DNA of 64,000 bases from the human T2T-CHM13v2.0 reference genome, Homo sapiens, in the NCBI RefSeq assembly GCF_009914755.1, contig NC_060930.1. One strand, 5' to 3'. Position 1 is the stretch's first letter, and each line of letters begins with the position of its first letter. Positions 1 to 63,564 of this stretch are shown in pieces. The translations under genes were made by a program, and so were the position numbers. A model generated the notes under the pieces. It was not told the DNA's origin, did no database searches, and worked only from the letters and a program-made list of their open reading frames with translations.

Positions 1-136
1 GGACCTAGAACTGGGGAGAAGGGCTGCAAAGGGGCCTAGATGAAGACTTAGGAAATACTAGATAGTTTTGAGTTGTATTCTGGGGAGAAGACTAATTGCA
101 ACTAAGCCTAAATCCATTTTTATTTCTGACTTCTAG

Positions 137-10446
<10,310 letters not shown>

Positions 10447-10486
10447 ATTGCTTAAACTTTGAACAACCTCAATTTCTTTTTAAACT

Positions 10487-10492
10487 AATAAA
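10487..10492 (+). terminator. ACAT2 proximal poly(A) signal AATAAA
   Basis: AATAAA 41 nt after the ACAT2 stop codon. Confidence 0.6.
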
Positions 10493-10587
10493 GTACTAGG
10501 TTGCAATATGTGAAATCAGAGGACCAAAGTACAGATGGAAACCATTTCCTACATCACAAAAACCCAAGTTTACAGCTTGTACTTTAC

Positions 10588-10593
10588 TTTAAT
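10588..10593 (-). terminator. TCP1 proximal poly(A) signal ATTAAA
   Basis: Plus-strand TTTAAT reads ATTAAA on minus, about 70 nt after the TCP1 stop. Confidence 0.55.
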
Positions 10594-10643
10594 GTGTAAT
10601 ACTCAACTCAAGGTACAAGACAATTGCATTTAACATTGTTATA

Positions 10644-10649
10644 AATAAA
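10644..10649 (+). terminator. ACAT2 distal poly(A) signal AATAAA (inside the TCP1 3'UTR)
   Basis: AATAAA about 200 nt after the ACAT2 stop and 13 nt from the TCP1 stop codon on the other strand. Confidence 0.65.
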
Positions 10650-10661
10650 AGGAACATCAGA

Positions 10662-29739
<19,078 letters not shown>

Positions 29740-30020
29740 ATGGAAGCATTAATTGTTTTGAACATGTAAATATAAATCTGTCAGCCACTACAGCCATCAA
29801 AAGAGAGCATCTGGAAGAACAGCCAGCTTGGAAGTTTTACAGCAATAATGTTGCAGTGGAATATTATTTGTAGTTAAGGTCATCCTCCTCCCCTTTCTGT
29901 TTTTTTAAATCAAGAACTACATTCTGCCCCTCTCTTGGGCTTCAGAAGCATCTAAGAAAAGCAGTCATCAATTATAATTAACTTTCAAAGGGCAAGTCAG
30001 AAGTTGTTTATAAATTACAA

Positions 30021-30026
30021 AATAAA
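30021..30026 (+). terminator. MRPL18 poly(A) signal AATAAA
   Basis: AATAAA about 280 nt after the stop. A second AATAAA overlaps the stop codon at 29735-29740. Confidence 0.6.
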
Positions 30027-30789
30027 GGCATATTATGAACTCTTATTTTCTGGTTATATGACATTGTCTGAGCTCACTGTGGCAGTGGAGCACATATGAG
30101 GTTGATGTAAAGCACTTATTACTGTGTCTAGTTCATGGCGAGTGATCTCAGTGAATGACAGTTGTTTGCTGCTCGGAGTGTGGGGTGTTTTTTAAAATAG
30201 GAAATGTCAGTATCAATCTAATATTATAGAACAGTCAGTATGTGAAAATGAAAGGACCAAATGCCAACCTCACTTGGACTCTTGGTTCCCAACAGTAAGA
30301 GAAACAAATTTGAAAGAGGAAGGAGGTGGCATCAGGAGCTGAAAGCAGAGGTGGAAATGGTTGGGGTTAGTGGGCGCTCAATTTGCCATGAAGTGAACAT
30401 TTTATTAGATAGGAGATGAAACTTGAAATGCATGCAAGTTAATCTAAAATTTGAGCTTGGGTAGATGGGAATCATGGCAGTTCTCTGAAAGGAGCTGATT
30501 AAGGTGTTAATTTTTGGCTATTTGATAAATGTGAGAAAAAACCTGTAGGCAGTTAAGGTGGCTTCTAGAGCATTGTTTTCCAGTTTTTTTAATGTATACC
30601 CCAATTAAATGTTTGTTTAGAAGTGAAATATGTTACTTCTGCCAATTTGAGTATTCAATGTGTTATTTTAAATGGAACACATCTGTATGAAGTATGATTT
30701 GTTCTGAGAGGTCTTCAGAATCAAATGGCTTAATAGTCCCCTTTTGCTTAATTAATGTCCCGGAGAGGCATTTAAAAGTATAATTGAAG

Positions 30790-31085
30790 ATCGGATGCAG
30801 TGCCTCACACCTCTAATCCCACCACTTTAGGAGGCTGAAGCAGGTGGATCACTTGAGGCCAGGAATTCGAGACCAGCCTGGCCAATACGGTTTAACCCTA
30901 TCTCTACTAAAAACAAAAATGAGTTGGGCGTGGTGGTGCATGCCTGTAATCCCAGCTGTTCAGAGGCTGAGGCGGGAGAATCGCTTGAACTCAGGAGGTG
31001 GAGATTGCAGAGAGCCGAGATGGCACCACTGCACTCCAGCCTGGGTGACAGAGTGAGACTGTCTCAAAAGGAAAAAATAAAAAAG
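30790..31085 (+). mobile_element. AluS/J
   Basis: Alu consensus. Confidence 0.8.
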
Positions 31086-31926
31086 TATAACGGTAATGTT
31101 TTCTCCGCTAACCTTAAAGATTGATTTGAGCACCTCACTTTGAGGACCATAGTTCCAAAACGCTGTTCAAGTAGAAGCCTAGAATTCAAGGGAGGACACT
31201 GTAAGGAAGACCATGGACTAGTTGCACTGGAAACAGTAACAAAAGTAAAAATTAAGCTCACATGTATGTGATGGTGTAGGTAGGGATTTCCGCAAGGAGT
31301 GAGTGCACGAGATAATCCCTGGGGACCAAGGATTCCTTCAATTTAATGGGCAGTTCTTGAGGCTTTGCAAAGTTTGATTGCAGGTGTGAAGACAGTGGTA
31401 AGGTGGACAGCAGAATGAGGAAAAAGATGTCCAGGGGCGTGGGAGAGGGAATGGGGACAGACATACTGGCAGTGATGGAGAAGTTGGGAAGAGGTGATTT
31501 AGAAGACCGTGAGCCGCAGCAAAGGATCTGCTTATTGCAGTTGCGTCCGGTGTTGTTCCTGCTCCGCTTTTCTGATTTCACCCTTTCTGGACTCTGTCTT
31601 CCTCTCCTGCCACGCCTCTTAACATTCTAAGTCCATGTAAATGACATTCTCACGTTAAGGGCTGCAAAGAAATTGCTGAGGAGCCAGGTAAACAGGCTTT
31701 GATTGCAATTGCAATCAAACCTCTGTAGCAAATCGTACAATTAAAACACCCGCAGGCAGGTGTGGGCGACGCCAGCGGCACACGGGGAAGCTGGGCACGT
31801 GGGGCGGAGGCAGCTGCCTGGTTTCCATGTGTGCGCCCTTTAAGACCCGGCGGCGCGACGGAAGCGCGTGGGCAGCACGTGGGCAGCACGTGATAGCGCT
31901 GGGCGACTCCGCGGAGCTGCACGGCC

Positions 31927-52194
<20,268 letters not shown>

Positions 52195-53154
52195 GTGCAG
52201 CGAGGCCTCCTGCGGCCACCCTCGGGTCCCCATGCTCTCTGGGAGGTGTGCTGGGTGTGTTCGTGTAAATCAGATTCTGTTTGCAGATGGATCTGTTTGG
52301 TCTTTTCTAGAAATTCTGTTATGTCCTGAACGTGAAATTCTGTCAACACTCTCAATGATAAATCAGTCCTTAGATATCGTACCTGTATGTGTGGTCAGAA
52401 CTTTTCTTGCTATAAATGCAGGCGGAGCAGTCAGCACCTCGAGATTTAAGCTAATGTCTCAGGAGCAGGTCATTGTGCTAGGAGCTGGACACCAGATGAA
52501 GAAAAGGGGACGTTATTTCTGGGGGAAAAACTAATGGCTTATTATTGGCTGTTGTTGACTTAGTTCTGAGAAATGGCCTTCCTAAGTTTAGTAAAGGAAG
52601 GATATGAAGCTTGGAAGAGGGGAAGTCGTGTGCACTGGGGACATTTTTGACAAGTGTTATAAACCGTAAGACGTCCACGTGCATTTAGAAACAATGACCC
52701 GCAGCCACAGTGTGCACCTTTGACGTTGGCACAATGGGACACTGTGTCCTCCACAGTGGTCTGCACTACACTCAGCTTTCTCGGTAACTTTTCTCTGTGG
52801 GGATCTCGACTCGGCTGGGCTCTTTGCTCAACCTGGAGCTTCACTTGTGGGCTCTGCAAAGCTGATTGAAATTTAGCCTGGTAGACATTTTTCCTCTAGA
52901 GAAACAAGCGTTAGTGGTGGTAGCTGTCCACAGGGGGGTTTGGGAACTGCCTTTCCAGAGGTCGCACCCCTTTCCTGAGGGGTGAGGGGCCCGGTGGCCC
53001 TACAGGATCCTTTGCGACTTATGATCTGACCGGCCACGCCACACTCGGAACAGCAGCTGTTTCCTCATCTGCTCAAACCGCATTGTAAGGGAGTGTCAGG
53101 GTGTTGGGTATTTTTTTGTTTGTTTGGTTGGTTTTTTTTCATTGAAAGTAACTT

Positions 53155-53445
53155 GTTTTGAGACAGGGTCTCTGTCGCCCAGGTTGCAGTGCAGTGGCAC
53201 AATTGTGGCTCACTGCGGCTGCAGCTTCTACCTCCAGGGCTCAAGCAATCCTCCCACCTCAGCCTCTCGAGTAGCTGGCACCACGGATACATGCCACCAC
53301 ACATGACTAATCTAAAACAATTGTTTTTGTAGTGATGGGGTCTCCCTATGTTGCCCAGGCTGATCTTGAACTCCTGGCTTCAGGCCATCCTTCTGCCTCA
53401 GCCTCCCAGAGTGCTGGGATTACAGGCGTGAGCCACCAATCCAGG
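53155..53445 (-). mobile_element. AluJ-like
   Basis: Antisense Alu. Confidence 0.8.
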
Positions 53446-55582
53446 CTGGTTGAACGTAACTTCGCTGAGGAGAATTCCACTTTTCTTTCATGGGCTTTGG
53501 GCTTGACTGTGTTTGGGTAAGCCCTGCTTTAAGTACTCTTGCGAGCCCCTCTCAGCTGCCTGTCTTGAGGGCTGTTTGGCATCCCAGCGGTGGAGCAGGG
53601 CCGGGCGCTGTAAGCTGTTCCACAGTGCTCTGGAGTTGGAGGCACACAGCACTTTCATAAGGCCTTGTTCATTCACCTCTTCTCTGTTCAGCGTGTCTTC
53701 ACTGGGCACCTGGTGCATGCCCTTCGGTGCACCATGCTATGGGCAGGGTCCTCATGTCCATGGTGACCTGGCTGACCCCACAGCCCTGTGTCGTGCCTGC
53801 TGTTGCCTAGGGCAGCCCTGAGCTGGAAGAGCTGGAAGCTGTGCCACAGCCAGGCTTTGTAGATCAAGTTTACTTTCTGAGCAGTGCTCAGGCGCTGCTG
53901 ACCAGGGCACTGCTCAGAAATGCTGAGTGGTTCGGGGCCTCCTGCCCTTAGCAGCTCTTGCCCTGCCTAGATGGCGGTGAGGGAACGAGGCAGGCTCTGA
54001 GTCTCTCCCAAGGTGCTCTCCCCGCTCCCCTAGCTCTTCAAGGCTGTGTTTTACCTGCAGGTCTCCCTCCAATCAGTAAATGAATAAAACCGAAACAAGG
54101 CAAAAAGCCAGCCATTCTTCTCTCCTTCCCTAACTCTATCCCCTCTCCCTGTGGCCCAGCTGGTCTTTCCCTCTCCACCCAGGCTTTCGAGCACGTGCTT
54201 TCCATCGTTCTCGCCCCTGCTGCCCGGGGCCCAGCCAGTCATTAGGGCTCCCTGGCTTCCCTCTCACTCCTCCATGGCCCTGGGTGGTGCAGCTCCTCTG
54301 GACGCTCTCCCCAAGTCTCTGGTCACTCTCTTCTCGATTGCCCTCAACTCTTCCCCTGGCCCTTTAGATGTTGGTGTTCAAGGACCTGGCACCATCCGCC
54401 GTGACAGTGCCGGGCCCCAGCATGACTCTGAAGTTTGTTCTCAGCTAACGTCTCTCTCCTGGGTCCCAGTTCACCTACTGAGCCTCTAGATTTTCCCACA
54501 GACACGCCAAGCTCCACACAGGCAGGATGGATCACTTTCCCTCCAACTCACCTGCCTCGATGGAGGTTGTGAGCACCTCCCCAGCTGTAGCTTCCAGCTC
54601 CTAAACTCTCCCCACCTCCCTGCCCCGCCTCTGAGCAGCCACTCACTTGCAGCTCCTAGACTCTCCCCGATCCCTGCCCCTCCTCTGAGCAGCCACTCAC
54701 TGGCAGCTTCTGTCTTCGTGCAGTTCTCCTGGCTGTCCAGACCCCCTTCACATTACCTAGACAGTTTCAGGGTCTCCTCAGTTCTGGGAGAGCCCTGCCT
54801 GCCTCCTCTTCTCCCTTTTCTGCTGTGGCCCTCACGGACATAAGTGGGCTCCAGAAGGCAAATCTGGTCATCTCTCCTGCCCAAGCTCCTTCTGTGGATT
54901 CTGCCCCAAGTCCACAAGCCCTTTCTCTCTGTATTTGGGGCCCTGCTGTGTCTCTGGTCCCCCACGGGTGTCTGTCCTTGGGATCACTGTTTCTCTTCCT
55001 CTTCTCTGAGCCACTCACCACTTGACCCAGCTCAGTGGACATCTCCTCTAGGTTCTAGGTCACTGTTGCCTGCTGTACCTGTCAGGTGTCGGGGGCTCAA
55101 CCTGTCTGAGTGCCTCTTGCCTGTCCCTGCTAGAGCACTTGGTGCTGTGTGGCAGTGTCCCCTGGCCTGGCCCTGCACAGGTGGGCAGTGGAGTTCTGGA
55201 ACCTGCAGGGGCCCTCAGTATCCTCACAAGCCAGTGCTCCCCATGGCTGGAGGCTCTGCTGTGTTTTTCGACAGGGATTTGAGTTTGTTGCTGCTGCTCA
55301 GGTGAGGTGCTTTGAAAATGGCCTTGAGTAACTGATGTGCTTCTGCAGCAGAGGGAAAAGACAAATGGCAGCCTCCGAATCTGCCCAGCCCAGGGTGTTC
55401 TCACTGACCCACACGACCTGATCACTTAGAAGTGATGTGATTTCATGTCCTTGTTCTTACAATTTTGGTTCTTGTTTGTGGTTTAAATTATTTCTGTGAG
55501 ATTTTTGGTATGAGAAAGAAAGTGACTAGAAATAGCCTTAAATGATCTTAAAATTAGCTAATCTTTCTCTTTACATCCTTCA

Positions 55583-55941
55583 GGTACTAAGTTCAGGCTG
55601 CCGTAACAAAAATACCATAGACAGGGTGGCTTAAAAAACAGAATCTTATTTCTCACAGTTCTGGAGGCTGGGAACTCTGAGAGCTGGCGCCAGCTGAACT
55701 GGCTCCTGGAGAGTGCTCTCTTCCTGGGCTTGTGGAGGGCTGCCTTCTTGCTGCATCCTGGCGTGGCAGAGACAGCGAACATCTCTCTCACTTCTCTTCT
55801 TGTAAGGGCACTAATCCAATAAGAGGGCCCCACCCTCATCACCTCATCACCTCCCAAAAGGCCTCACCTAAGACCATCCCCTTAGGGGTTAGGATTTCAA
55901 CCTGGGAATTTGGGGGAAACACAAACATTCAGTCCATAGCA
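55583..55941 (-). mobile_element. MaLR LTR (MLT1A/B-like)
   Basis: 'ggctgccgtaacaaaataccatagac...ggcttaaa...tctcacagttctggaggctggga ... aacattcagtccatagca'. Confidence 0.75.
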
Positions 55942-56204
55942 AGTATCTTTCCTTTTCTCTGAAAGATACAGAGGTTCATATCATTTATTGTTACTACAGA
56001 AAGCTTTTCTCTTTCTCTGTGGTCTTTTTAGCTCATGAGACAGCAATACTAATTTTCTTGGCATGAAGTATGTGGTAGAGGTTGTAAATTTTGAGATACT
56101 TTCTAAGGGGAAAAAAAGGCTGTTACTTTCTAACCACTAAAATCCTTTGTGTAATTTTCTATAAGTTTGTCTGAAAATCCACTGTAAGACTAATTAAAAC
56201 CTCA

Positions 56205-57009
<805 letters not shown>

Positions 57010-58213
57010 TTACAGTCAATGGTGTGTGTTAATTTAATTGGTGTTTTCTTAATGTGCACAAAATTGGTGCCTTTGTAATTGCATGTTGATGAGACTATGG
57101 CGTAAAGTTATAATTAATACATTGTGAGATTGGCATAGTAATAGAATCTAGGTAAGAAATAGACTGAGTGCATCTGGGAATTTTGCTGTGATAAAGGTAC
57201 CATATTAAATCTGGGACAAAGAGCCGTTTAGAAAAAAAAAGCCAATTCTTTAGTCCTTACACCAAAATAAATTAGACATGTCATATATTTAAGGTTAAGA
57301 AAGGCAAATCATATAAAAGGAAATGAAAACGATTTAATCTTGGGATGAAGAAGGGCTTTCTAAGCATGAAACAAAAGCTTCAAGTGGTAATTAAATAGTT
57401 GATTGATTTGGTGCAACCATGTCTCATGTTGTCTGAGACATCCTTCACTGGAGAGTGACCACTGTTTTGTGTTCCACTAAGGGATAAATGCTGCCGGGGA
57501 GGTTTTTGTCCCTCATCCTAAGATACACCCTGATCTCAAAGATGTTGAAATGGAGGGAAAGTGCGTCTTGGAATGGGTGAAATACAGAAAAATACGCTTA
57601 CTTACAACCAAAAATCTAAAAACCACCCAAAACTACTTGAACATGGGAAGCAAGCATTGTCACGGTGGGTTAGTTGCAGGACAGTTTTGGCAAAACTGGG
57701 GTGGCCTTGCTGCTGCCACTGCAACTGCTACTCTAGTTTTTGGCGGTTTACCCTGAGGGGGTTACGAGGATGCTGCTGGTGGTGGTGGACGAGAGGCAGG
57801 AGCCGGCGCTGGGGCCGGGTGGTCTGCAGACTCTCGTCCTCTCCTGCGCCTCCTCACGTCGGTTAGAGCCATCGGCCCTCCTCTGTCCCCTTGTACTTTC
57901 AAGTGCTTATCATAATGTAGAGAGGTAGATTTGTGTCCCTAACTCCCCAGTGTGCCTTCCCTACAATGCAGCTTCTCTCCAGAGCGGGGTGCCTCCTGCT
58001 CATGTGGGCTGGCAGCACCACTGAGGGCCTGGGGCTGGCCCAGTCCCTGCCCACTGTCTAGTGGGGCGACAGTACACAAGCAATGGCTGTAAAGGTCAGC
58101 ATGTCCTGGCTAGGGAGGGGCTGGGGCGTCCCCGCCAAGGGCACCTAATCCAGAACAATTCCTAAGGATGAGCGACAGGGAGGATGTTTTTGTCATGAGC
58201 ACAGGAAAACCAC

Positions 58214-58635
58214 TGTGTTAGTCTGTTCTCCCACTGCTATAAAGAAATACCCAAGACTGGGTAATTTGTAGGAAAAGAGGTTTGATTGGCTCACAGTTCT
58301 GCAGGCTGTACAGGAAGTGTGGTGCTAGCATCTGCTTCTGGGGAGGCCTCAGGAAGCTTTTACTCATGACGGAAGGTGAAGCAGGAACAGGCTTCAGATA
58401 GTGGATGCAGGAGAAAGAGAGGGGGCGGAAGGGGAAAGTGCCACACACTTCTAAACAACCAGATCTCGGGTGAACTCAGAGCCAGAGCTCACTCATCACC
58501 CAAGGGATGGCCCAGGCTGTTCATGAGAACTCTGGCCCCGTGAGCCGGACACCTCCCACTAGACCCCCACCTTCAGCATTGGGGATTATAATTCAACATG
58601 AAATTTGAGGGGGGACAAATATCCAAACTGTATCA
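58214..58635 (-). mobile_element. MaLR solo LTR (MSTB-like)
   Basis: TGTGTTAGTCTGTTCT...CTATAAAGAAATACC...CCAAACTGTATCA with 5-bp TSD ACCAC on both sides. Confidence 0.85.
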
Positions 58636-59102
58636 ACCACATACAGTGTGGTCATGAGTACACTGGAAAAACCTGAGAAGGTGCACCCCAAAATGTTAGG
58701 GAATGACATTGCTGAGCAATTACTGCACACCCAATGCTGAATAAAGTCCTTTGCAGTTATTAATTCATGTGCTCCTCACAGTAACCTTCCAAGTAAGTAC
58801 TCTCACTGCCCAGTGACCTTCCAAGTACTGTCACTGTGCCCGCATAGGACGGAGACGCCTGACACCCACAGGGCGGGTGCTTGGCCTTGGCACGCCCCGG
58901 CCAGCGGTGGGCAGCTTCTCTTGATGCCACACTGCCTGCAGGGTCATGAGTTATTTCAATTTTCTTATTTTTTTTTTTGTTTTATATTGGAGTTGTCTAT
59001 CGTGAATATATACGGTATAATTTCAAACTGGTTTAAAAAAACAAGGCAAGTCGGGCAGCATCCACAGGACTGCAGCTCGTGCCTCAGGCTCAGGCTCAGC
59101 CC

Positions 59103-59121
59103 CGGCGCCTCCTGGCGGAGT
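59103..59121 (-). promoter_or_regulatory. Candidate CTCF site
   Basis: Minus strand CCGCCAGGAGGCGC (59105-59118) against the CTCF core CCASYAGRKGGCRS; unique sequence between two LTRs. Confidence 0.5.
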
Positions 59122-59328
59122 GGGGCCCTGGGGCTCTCCCAGGCTGCTCTTTGGCTGCGGCTTCTGTTCCAGCTGCAGCCATGTGGCTCTTGTGTCCCAC
59201 CTGTCATCTTGAGACTCGTCCAGCTCTTGAAACCACAGTTGGTGCTGAGCTGCTGCAGCACTCCAGGTATGGAGGGAGGAGTGGTTCTCAAAAGACTGTT
59301 TCTCTTCTCCATAGGAACAGAGCTGTAG

Positions 59329-60003
59329 AGTATTTGTCCTTTCTTGCACTGCTATAAAGAAATACCTGCCAGGCACGGTGGCTCACACCTGTAATCCCAG
59401 CACTTTAGGAGGCCGAGGCATGCAGATTACTTGAGGTCAGGAGTTCGAGACCAGCCTGGCCAACATGGTGAAACCCTGTCTCTACTAAAAATGTAAAAAT
59501 TAGCAGGCGTGGTGGCATGAGCCTATAATCCCAGCTACTTAGGAGGCTGAGGCAGGAGAATCACTTGAACCCAGGAGGCGGACATTGCAGTGAGCTGCGA
59601 TCGTGCCACTACACTCCAGTCTGGGCGACAGAGTAAGATTCTCTCAAAAAAAAAAAAAAAAAAAAGAAAAAAAAATACCTGAGACTGGGTAATTTATAAA
59701 GAAAAGAGGTTTGACTCACGGTTCCCTAGACTGTACTGGTAACATGGCTGGGGAGGCCTCAGGAAACAAAATCATGGCAGAAGGCGAAGGGGAAGCCCGC
59801 ACATCTTACATGGCTGGAGCAGGAGGAAGACAGAAGGGGGAGGTGCCACACTCCTTTAAACAACCAGAGAACTCACTAGCACAAGAGCAGCAGGGGGCCG
59901 TTCACCCCCAGGATCCAATCGTCTCCCACCAGGCCCCTCCCCCAACACTGGGGATTCCAATTCCACGTGACACTTAGGTGGGGCAAAGAGCCAAACCATA
60001 TCA
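59329..60003 (-). mobile_element. MaLR LTR (MST-like) interrupted by AluS (+, 59368-59674)
   Basis: MST text resumes after the Alu; TSD AAATACCT. Confidence 0.8.
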
Positions 60004-60438
60004 AGCATCATCTGCTGCCTGTTTTTATGGCCAAAGAACTCGAGTGATCTGGATCTTTGGATTGCTGACCTTTAAATAACTCGGACTGTTGTTCTGTGAT
60101 GGAATCTGGGGGATGGTGGTGGTTGGCAGGAAACACTAATAACCTGTAATCAATCATCGCTCCCCTCTTCTAACACCTGTGATTATTCCTGTGTAGGCAA
60201 GAAAAGGTGTACTATATAAGGTATTCTCAGTTATCCTTTAAAAAGACTAATAAAATATGTTAAAATGTTATCTCTCGAGGGGCTCCTGGTGATTTCGAAT
60301 TTCTTTGTCATATATTTTTCTGTACTATAAAAATCTTGAGTGTGCATCCCTTCAAAACCAGAAATGTACTATTTTTAAAAAATTAGTACATAGAACTTAG
60401 CATCTGAGTGATGACAGTTATATTTTAAAAGTGAAATC

Positions 60439-61058
60439 GGCCATGCGTGGTAGCTCACGCCTGTAATCTCAGCACTTTGGGAGGCCGTGGCAGGTAGATC
60501 ACCTGAGGTCAGGAGTTCAAGACCAGCTTGGCCAACATGGTGAAACCCCGTATCTACTAAAGAAAAACACAAAAATTAGCTGGGTGTGGTGGTGAGTGCC
60601 TGTCATCCCAGCTACTCAGGAGGCTGAAGCAGGAGAATCACTTGAATTCAGGAGGCGGAGGCTGTAGTGAGCTGAGATCGCGCCACTGCTCTCCAACCTG
60701 GGCGACGAGTGAAACTCCATCTCAAAAAATAAAAAATGAAAGTGAACTTAAAGGCCAGGCACAGTGGCTCACACATGTAATTCCAGCATTTAGGCTGAGG
60801 CAGTTGGATTGCCTGAGCTCAGGAGTTCCATCCCAGGCTGGGCAACATGGCAAAACCCCATCTCTACCAAAAATACAAAAAGTTAGCCGGGCATCATGGT
60901 ACCCACCTGTGGTCCCAGCTACTCAGGAGAATGAGGTGGGAGGACCACTTGAGCCTGGGAGGTAGAGGTTGCAGTGAGCCAAGATCACGCACCACTGTAC
61001 TCTAGCCTGACAGAGTGAGACCCTGTCTCCAAAAAAAAAAAAAAAAAGAAAAAAAAAA
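60439..61058 (+). mobile_element. Two tandem Alus (AluS 60439-60735; AluJ 60753-61058)
   Basis: Alu consensus; TSD AAAGTGAACTTAAAG around the second element. Confidence 0.85.
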
Positions 61059-61334
61059 GTGAACTTAAAGCTGAAAGAAAACGCACAGAAGTCTTGGTGG
61101 GGGCTACCCAGAGTAGGTGGACCATATGGTTTTATTTTCTGTATATTTAGGGATCTTTTTACCATTTTTTTTTTACAATGAGCATGTATTTCTATCACTT
61201 TAAACATGAAAATGCATTAAAATTTTTTTGTTGAAAATAGAGCTCTCTTGTCCTGCTTGTGGGGACAGCCCTGTGAAATATCTTTAGTTCTTATTTAATT
61301 GCATTTTACTGGACACAGTCATGCCTACTTCTTT

Positions 61335-61847
61335 ACATTAGTTTCCTGTTTCCTGCTGTAACAAGTCATCACAAATGTAGTGGCTTAAAATAGCACACAA
61401 TTACCATTTTGCATTTCTGGAGGTTAGAAGTCCAACACAGCTCTCGGGGCTAAAATCAAGAAGTCGGGGCGGAAGGGCTGTGTGCCCTTCCAGAGGCCTC
61501 AGAGAGAAGCTGCTTCCTCCCCTTTTCCAGCTTCTAGAGGTCACCAACATTCCCAGGATCGTGGCCCTGTTCCTCCATCTTCAGCAGCAGCAATGTGGAA
61601 TCTCTCTGATCGATCTTTCTGTAGCTTCGTCTCCTCTGACCACAGCAGGGAATGCTTTGCCATGCTTTAAGACCCATGTGATTAGGCGGACCCTCCTCCT
61701 CGGATGACCCTGGATAAACTCCCCATCTCAAAGCCCTTAATTATGTCTGTAGAGTCCCTCTTGCCACATCAGGTGCTATACTCACAGGTTCTGGGGTTAG
61801 GCTGTGGGCACTGGGCATCTTTGGGGAGCCATTATTCTGCCTGCCAC
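61335..61847 (-). mobile_element. MaLR LTR (MLT1C/D-like)
   Basis: 'ttagtttcct...gctgtaacaa...tggcttaaaa...ttctggaggttagaagtcc ... cattattctgcctgccaca'. Confidence 0.7.
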
Positions 61848-63564
61848 ATTCTCCAGCGACACACTGATGAAGCACCTGCCCAGGTAAGTGCTATTCCTAC
61901 CTCATACTCCCCAGTGAGTGGGGTTAGCCCTGCGCAGTGAGTGGGGTTAGCCCTGCCCAGGAAGCAGGGTCTGATGCGGCTGAGCTGGTTACAGGCCTTG
62001 CAGACTGCGTGGCCACCACGGTGACCCAGCACCCACCATCCACCCAGTCTCCTGCGTCGCTGTTCTGGAAGCTCTGCCGCGGTGCTGGATGGCTTCACCC
62101 GATTTCAGCATTCGGAAGCTCCCCTAGAGGTCCCTCATTCTGCCCCATCCCTGCCCCAGCTCTTGCTATTGTTTGCCTTTATCCCTTTTTCCTACAGGAA
62201 GAACCAGATTCAAACATTTGCCTGCTGGCAATAGTGTTTCTGAGGAAGACACTGTGAGGGGAACTGCGGGCCGAGCCTGCTCTGAGCGCAAGATAGTAGG
62301 AGAGCTCTCTGGCACACAGCTGCCTACTCTGTCCCTACTCTCCCCTGGGAGAGAATCCCTGGTGTAGACTTAGTCCTAATCCTCAGAAGAGCTCCCCCAG
62401 TGTGTGATGTGGCTCTGCCAAAGATCGTGAGAAAGTGGAGATCCAAAAACAAGTATTCTCTGGGCAGCACAAGCCAGATAAAGTTGTTCTCAAGTTGGCT
62501 CTGGCTGGGTTTGTGGAGGGCACAGAGGCTTTGACATGTGAGCTTGTAAAGATGCTTTCTTTCCCATCCCAGGGAGCTGCCCAAACCTTCCTCGCTGCTG
62601 AGGCCGTGTCCTCAGCCCAGTGGAGCAGCAGCAGTGGCCACTGCCTGCGTGACCCTGCTGAGACCTGTGCTCGTAGTCAGATGGGATGTTCTGAACTCCT
62701 GGAAGCCAGAGGTTATAGTTTTTTAAAGACTAAAAAAGGAATATTGTATTGTGTAAAACAGAAAAGGAAGGGAAGCACTCATTCTCCCATTCCCTTATTG
62801 ATCAATTTGGGCTTGTTCCTGTCTCTAAAATCTGCATGTGTTTTATACTGGAAGACCCTGGAGCGCAGGCTTTCATTCCATGCAAATGTACCTGCTCTGT
62901 ACCAGGCACTGTTCCAGATGCCCCGGCTGCAGCCATTAAAGCAAAGATTCAGGAATTTGCATTTGTGTGGAGTCATTAGACAAGCAACGAGATGAGAGTG
63001 CCTGTGAGGTGATCAAGTGCTGGTTACAGAGAAACTTGGAGGAGAAGTCGGGTGCTGCCTTCCAGTGCTCAGGCAGGGTGCGCAGAGAAGGGGATGCCTG
63101 AGCAGAGACCTGGCAGAGATCAGGGCTGAGACACCTGCCCGGCTGTGGACAGAGCTCCAGGTGCTGTCTGGCCCAGGGCCCAGTGGAAGCACCTGGCCCT
63201 GCAAAGAGGCTCCAGCCACCAGGATGGCTGAGAGAACTTGGGTGGGTGAGGCAGGAGCCAAGGCCAGGGAAGAAGTGGAGGGCCGGTCAGGTGGGGCACA
63301 GAAGGCACTGGTGATTGCTTTGACTTCTCAGCAGAGGTGTGAGCCATTGAGGGGCTGCCAGCTCAGGGTGATAAGGTCTGGCTGACTAGGGAAGGAGGAA
63401 GGCAAAAGAGGTGGCTGTGGCCCAGTGGGGAGGTGTGCAGGGGCTCTAGATCTGGGTGTATTTTGACAGTGGAGCTGCTATGATGTCCTGACAGAGTGAA
63501 TGTGGAGTTAAGAGAAAGAGGGGTCAAGAATGATAAAGTTTTGGCCTGAGCCAAGGTGTGGAGT

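Noticed and set aside
57690-57890. Small GC-rich stretch with GCT/GGT triplets resembling a pseudogene 5' fragment
   Set aside because: No parent gene, poly(A) tail or TSD recognised; a BLAST search would be needed.
58813-59328. 171-aa ORF (and the 186-aa ORF at 62435-62995)
   Set aside because: Both start at GTG rather than ATG, match no family I recognise, and sit in intergenic repeat-rich DNA.
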